From: Bacteroides sp.
GTDB lineage: Bacteria > Bacteroidota > Bacteroidia > Bacteroidales > Bacteroidaceae
DNA length: 64,000 nucleotides
Assembly (NCBI GenBank): GCA_036652495.1
Contig: JAVVVS010000001.1
Span: forward strand, 76,240 to 140,239
Reading direction: 5' to 3'
The translations under genes and the position numbers were made by a program. The notes beneath the pieces were generated by a model. The model did not search any database. It saw only the letters and a list, made by a program, of their open reading frames with translations, and had not been told where the DNA came from. This document shows, one piece after another, positions 59,404-64,000 of the stretch; the first letter of the stretch is position 1; each line of letters starts with the position of its first letter.

Positions 59404-59442
59404 ATGATTTATTGTGATAACCAATAATAAATCATACTTTTG
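59404..59442 (+). promoter_or_regulatory. Promoter of the EamA gene with overlapping 10-bp inverted repeat
   Basis: ATGATTTATT-N12-AATAAATCAT abutting TACTTTTG (59435-59442). Confidence 0.55.
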
Positions 59443-59515
59443 TTCGGTTATAACAATTAGTAATTCAATATGAACATTCAGATCATTCGGTATCTGATCA
59501 GTGATAATCGGATAT

Positions 59516-60379
59516 ATGAATAAAATAAACGGGTTCCTCTACGGACTCCTCTCTTCCGCCTCTTTTGGTCTCATCCCCCTGTTCACCCTGCCAGCTATGC
59601 ATCAAGGCATGCATTTTGAATCCATCTTATTCTATCGGTTCGCCTTTGCGGCAGTGGCATTGGGCGCAATCTTATTACTCGACGGACAATCGTTCCGTAT
59701 CCGAAAGAACGAAATACCCTCCTTACTGCTACTGGCAGCACTTTACCTCATGTCCGCCGTATTCTTGTTCTGGGGATATAAGTTTATGCCTAGCGGAATA
59801 GCTACCACGCTTCACTTCATGTATCCGGTGCTCACCACACTGCTCATGATGGTCTTTTTTCGAGAGAAAAAATCTATTTGGAGGTTTGCCGCTATAGCAC
59901 TGGCAGTAGCCGGTGTATTCTTCCTATCCAACGGAGACAACTCCGGGACGGTCACCCTAACAGGAATCATCATTGTATTGCTGTCTGCCTTGGGTTATGC
60001 ACTTTACCTGGTGACGGTGAGTCAATTGAAAATAGGACAAATGAAAGGACTCAAACTGACGTTTTACGTCTTTCTATTCAGCAGTTTGCTCTTGCTGATA
60101 GGCATAGTGCCTACCTCTGGCATTCAACTCATCCCGGACTGGCATACTACTGGCAACCTGGTGATGCTGGCTCTTATCCCTACCGTCATTTCCAATCTCG
60201 CTTTGGTACGCGCGGTTAAAAGCATCGGCTCTACGCTCACCTCCGTATTGGGCGCTATGGAACCGGTGACAGCTGTTTGCGTGGGCATTTTTATCTTTGG
60301 CGAAGCAGTTACCACAGGCATCGGCTTGGGCATCGGATTGATTATTGCAGCGGTAACAGTGATTATATTGAAGCGCTAG
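59516..60379 (+). CDS. DMT/EamA-family transporter
   Basis: About 10 TM helices in two EamA repeats (LFYRF, FMYPV, GAMEPVTAV). Confidence 0.92.
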   Translation: MNKINGFLYGLLSSASFGLIPLFTLPAMHQGMHFESILFYRFAFAAVALGAILLLDGQSFRIRKNEIPSLLLLAALYLMSAVFLFWGYKFMPSGIATTLHFMYPVLTTLLMMVFFREKKSIWRFAAIALAVAGVFFLSNGDNSGTVTLTGIIIVLLSALGYALYLVTVSQLKIGQMKGLKLTFYVFLFSSLLLLIGIVPTSGIQLIPDWHTTGNLVMLALIPTVISNLALVRAVKSIGSTLTSVLGAMEPVTAVCVGIFIFGEAVTTGIGLGIGLIIAAVTVIILKR

Positions 60380-62505
60380 AGCTTCAATTCTTCAATCAGT
60401 GATCCCGCCTTTCCGTATTTCTCGATCACAAAGAGCATATAGCGCACATCGACCCCGATACAGCGTTGCACTTCGGGCTGAAAAGAGAGATCGCTGCTCA
60501 TAGCTTCCCAGTTGCCATCAAAAGCCAAACCAAGCAACTCGCCACAGGCATTGAACATGGCACTGCCGGAATTGCCTCCGGTGATATCGTTGTTAGAGAT
60601 AAAACAAACCTTCATATCACCCTTTTCATCGGCATACCTACCGTAATCCCGGGAAGCTAAGAGAGAAAGAATCTCCGGCTGCACAGCAAAGTCGGAATCG
60701 CCCTGATGCTCGCGTACTTTCTCCAAGATTCCTTTCGTCGTGGTATAGTAATCGTAGGTAGCACCGTCAAAAGGAGAATAGCTGCATACGGTGCCAAAGC
60801 TAAGCCGCATGGTTGAATTGGCATCGGGGTAGAAATGACGTTCGGACTGCATCCGCCGAAAGGCAGCATTGAGCAAACGCTCGTCACGTTCTATCTGCTC
60901 GGAAGCTGCAAGGATGGTGTTATTCATATCATAATATTGCACAATCAATTCAATGCAAAGTGCAATAGCGGGGTCATCCACCAAGTGATAGGTAGAATCC
61001 CGCTCAAGAAATCGTTCCAAACCGCGGGACGTGCCTACTTGGGTGCGTGCGTAAAGGGTATCGATATAAGCCCGCTCCTGTCCGCCATAAACGCTGTCAA
61101 TAGTATGATAAAGGGGCGGCAAGTATTCCGCCTCTACTTGGAAGCGGTAGGTTTGAAGAAGAGAAATGAAGACTTCCTTGTCGATGGATAGATCAAGATT
61201 GGCATATTTAGCCAGTAGTTTGTTCAGTCGCGCCACCACTTGGTCCTGCTCGGCATCAAAGTCGAAGTTCAGTATTTCGAGCGCCAGTTGCATCAGTTCA
61301 GGACCATTCATAAATGCCTCGCCAAAGTATGCCATGGCACGATTGACTTTACTACGACTCTTATAGTTCAGTTCCAACGAAGAGAAAAGGGACAATAGGC
61401 GCTCCCGTTCGGCAGGTGTTTGCTGAATCCATTGCCGGAGGGATGCTTCGGCGCTGCGCTTCTTCTCAAGTATCTTTTGCTGGCGAATGGCTTTGTTCAT
61501 GCCTATACTGTTCTTCCAATAATTGGAGCTTTCATCGTACTTCGAAGCATATTTAATGCGAATATCCGCCCGGTTGTCCATCTCGCGTTTCCAAATAGCT
61601 TGCTTCACGCCGCGCAAGTCAATCATCGCCTGATTCATCCCATTCATCCGTTCTTCTACACCGAAAGAAGAAAGGAAACGGTCTGTATAGCCCGGATACC
61701 CGAGCGTCATGCAAAAAGAGCCTTCCTTGTAACCCTCTAACGAAACAGGAGCTACGTAAGAGGGATGGTAAGGGACGTTATCGGGTGAATAATCGGCAGG
61801 AAGGTTGTTTTTTCCAGCATAGATGCGAAACACACAGAAGTCTCCCGTATGGCGGGGCCACATCCAGTTGTCCGTATCCCAACCCAGTTTCCCGATAGAA
61901 GAAGGCGGTGCAAACACCAGACGAACATCGTTAAAATCGCGATAAACAGAAAGCCAGAACTCGTTTCCAGCGTAATAAGCATCAACTACCCCGATTAAGG
62001 TAGAGTCTTTGGCAGAAACCTCATCGCCTATAAGCCTACTCAATGAATCAACAACATTGCGGCGCTCGGGTTCCGTCATGGCAGAAGTAACGCCTTTCAG
62101 CACCCGCTTAGTCACGTTTTCGGTACGAAGCAAGAAACGGACGTAAAGTTCGGGATTGGGCAATTCTTCTTGACGGCTACGCGCCACAAAACCCTCTTGC
62201 AAATAATCATGTTCCACCGAAGAATGCTGCTGTATGCTACTGAAGCCGCAATGATGATTGGTGAACACCAACCCATCTTCGGAAACTACCACACCGGAGC
62301 AGAAGCCTCCAAAACTGACTACGGCATCTTTCAAACTCGCTTTGGTGGGGTTGTAGAGCTTGTTTACGGGAAGCTGGAGCCCCAGCTCTCTCATCGTCTT
62401 CCGCGTTTGCTTATTCAGATTCCCAAGGAGCCACATCCCTTCATCAGCATGAAGAGCGGACAAGGAAAGAGAAAAAAGGAGGGCTATAATCAGTTTCTGT
62501 TTCAT
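60376..62505 (-). CDS. S46 dipeptidyl peptidase (DPP7-type)
   Basis: ADEGMWL, TNHHC, DNWMWPRHTGDF, DITGGNSGS, AFDGNWE. Confidence 0.93.
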   Translation of the reverse strand: MKQKLIIALLFSLSLSALHADEGMWLLGNLNKQTRKTMRELGLQLPVNKLYNPTKASLKDAVVSFGGFCSGVVVSEDGLVFTNHHCGFSSIQQHSSVEHDYLQEGFVARSRQEELPNPELYVRFLLRTENVTKRVLKGVTSAMTEPERRNVVDSLSRLIGDEVSAKDSTLIGVVDAYYAGNEFWLSVYRDFNDVRLVFAPPSSIGKLGWDTDNWMWPRHTGDFCVFRIYAGKNNLPADYSPDNVPYHPSYVAPVSLEGYKEGSFCMTLGYPGYTDRFLSSFGVEERMNGMNQAMIDLRGVKQAIWKREMDNRADIRIKYASKYDESSNYWKNSIGMNKAIRQQKILEKKRSAEASLRQWIQQTPAERERLLSLFSSLELNYKSRSKVNRAMAYFGEAFMNGPELMQLALEILNFDFDAEQDQVVARLNKLLAKYANLDLSIDKEVFISLLQTYRFQVEAEYLPPLYHTIDSVYGGQERAYIDTLYARTQVGTSRGLERFLERDSTYHLVDDPAIALCIELIVQYYDMNNTILAASEQIERDERLLNAAFRRMQSERHFYPDANSTMRLSFGTVCSYSPFDGATYDYYTTTKGILEKVREHQGDSDFAVQPEILSLLASRDYGRYADEKGDMKVCFISNNDITGGNSGSAMFNACGELLGLAFDGNWEAMSSDLSFQPEVQRCIGVDVRYMLFVIEKYGKAGSLIEELKL

Positions 62506-62512
62506 CTGGGCA

Positions 62513-63877
62513 TCAGTTTTCCACTATCAGTTTCAGCTGCTTCGCCCCTATCCGAGCTTTAAGCCAATCGCTGATTTTCGCCTTTTCATCGGCTAGCGGT
62601 TGTTTGGAGAACTTCAGTACGGCAAAAGTCACCGTATCCGATTTAAGCGAATCGACGGTCAATTCTAAAGACCGTGCGATAGACAACGCGGTGACCGATG
62701 GATAGAGCACCCTCAGCTCAGGGATGATAGCACGACTCAATTTATCGTACGCACCATAGCTGTCAATACGTTTTTCCAGAGAAGCTATCTTTGTTTGCTG
62801 CTTGAGCAGACGCTCTTCGCTGTTTTTATAGAAATCCTCCATCACCAGCGAGCGAATGGACGAAATATCCATTGCGCCGTTGTTCATCCCTTGTAGCACC
62901 GTCAGCTTCGTTTCGGGCAACTGATACTGCTTCAGCTTTTCCCGGGCAAGAGCAATCGATGCTTCGGGCACTTCGGGTCCGATGAGCACCACACGAATCT
63001 CCCGGTGTTCGAAATCAACCTTTTTATCGAGCACCTGAGTTTTATCAAAGCTCAGCTGCTCGGTGATAAACCGGTTGGCAGCCGAATCATAGAAGGTAGA
63101 GCGAATGATGTCTACCGTCAGATAAATAGCCGGACACATGGTCAGTATCACTATCAGAACAATATACTTCCTGACACTCTTTTCGCGCTTTTTATCGGCA
63201 AACTCCTTGCGCTGGAAGTGCATCACCCGCACCCCGATAAAGGTAGCCAAGCTGATGAACACCGAGTTGATGAAGTAGAGGTAAAAGGCTCCAAGGAAGT
63301 AGATAAGATTGCCCGATGCCAGTCCGTAGCCTGCCGTGCAGAGCGGGGGCATAAGTGCTGTAGCAATGGCTACGCCGGGAATCACGTTTCCTTTTTCTGT
63401 GGTAGAGAGGGCAACCACGCCCGCCAATCCGCCAAAGAGGGCGATGAACACATCATAAATGGTGGGCGACGTGCGTGCCAGCAGCTCCGACTGTGCCTCG
63501 GCAATAGGCGTCAGCAGAAAGAAAAGAGTGGCAGTGGTCACGCTGAAAGCTGTCGTAATCAAGAAACTCTTCAACGAACGCTTCATCAATTCAAAGTCAC
63601 TAAGCCCCACAGACAAGCCGATGCCCATAATCGGTCCCATCAACGGTGAAATCAGCATGGCTCCAATGATGACCGCTGTAGAGTTCACATTCAGTCCGAG
63701 CGAAGCCATGAAGATAGCAAATATCAATATCCACAGGTTTGCCCCCTTAAACTCCACTCCCTTTCGGATGGAGTCTACCGTGGCAAGCTCATTGTCTTTG
63801 TCTTTGCGCAAGTCTAAATACTCGCGCAAGAAGTTCTTTACAGCATAAAGATTTCGGTTCTCGGGTAGCATAAGCAT
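62513..63877 (-). CDS. DUF389 / TIGR00341 membrane protein
   Basis: NSTAVIIGAMLISPLMGPI, SELLARTSP, PGVAIATALMPPL. Confidence 0.9.
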   Translation of the reverse strand: MLMLPENRNLYAVKNFLREYLDLRKDKDNELATVDSIRKGVEFKGANLWILIFAIFMASLGLNVNSTAVIIGAMLISPLMGPIMGIGLSVGLSDFELMKRSLKSFLITTAFSVTTATLFFLLTPIAEAQSELLARTSPTIYDVFIALFGGLAGVVALSTTEKGNVIPGVAIATALMPPLCTAGYGLASGNLIYFLGAFYLYFINSVFISLATFIGVRVMHFQRKEFADKKREKSVRKYIVLIVILTMCPAIYLTVDIIRSTFYDSAANRFITEQLSFDKTQVLDKKVDFEHREIRVVLIGPEVPEASIALAREKLKQYQLPETKLTVLQGMNNGAMDISSIRSLVMEDFYKNSEERLLKQQTKIASLEKRIDSYGAYDKLSRAIIPELRVLYPSVTALSIARSLELTVDSLKSDTVTFAVLKFSKQPLADEKAKISDWLKARIGAKQLKLIVEN

Positions 63878-63883
63878 CAGGTT

Positions 63884-64000
63884 TTATTTCTTAATGAAGC
63901 GTTTGATAATAGGTATTTGACTCAGCGGCATATCTTTTCGGATGACATAAGCAAGAAATACAAATAGCAGCAGGGTGCGAAAAAGCATCCGGAGCGCCAA
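63884..64000 (-). CDS. 3' end of a membrane protein, probably a polysaccharide biosynthesis/flippase-family protein (partial)
   Basis: Open minus-strand frame LALRMLFRTLLLFVFLAYVIRKDMPLSQIPIIKRFIKK*, ending 6 bp before the DUF389 start. Only 38 codons are visible. Confidence 0.55.
   Translation of the reverse strand: MALRMLFRTLLLFVFLAYVIRKDMPLSQIPIIKRFIKK

Overview
Chromosomal window from a Bacteroides-like (Bacteroidaceae) genome, judged from SusC/SusD pairs, a hybrid two-component system (HTCS), TAnnTTTG promoters and gene order. It holds about 40 mostly housekeeping genes (GNAT/ceramide-synthase-like, parE, coaD, S41 protease, TetR-fabG-RluA-PPIase-M16-MATE, TamB/Omp85, dapB-lepB, uxuBA, DEAD helicase, S46 peptidase), one initiator tRNA-Met, the tail of one SusC/D pair and a compact chondroitin-sulfate-type PUL (HTCS, sulfatase, SusC, SusD, PL8 lyase). 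I see no integrase, transposase, prophage, CRISPR array or recognisable defence system. The most unusual signals are: (i) a dispersed non-coding element of exactly phased 22-bp quasi-palindromic units, present three times with 2, 5 and 5 units, one copy bounded by 13-bp inverted repeats; (ii) an intact signal peptidase I paralogue lacking all three catalytic residues, encoded between active lepB and a WbqC gene; (iii) a CS PUL without surface lyase or binding-protein genes, with a readable HTCS operator and long REP-like hairpins sharing a 19-bp core on both sides of a dus gene; (iv) a DUF5009-like gene apparently collapsed by a microhomology deletion. Family assignments come from motif recognition and recall, not database searches.
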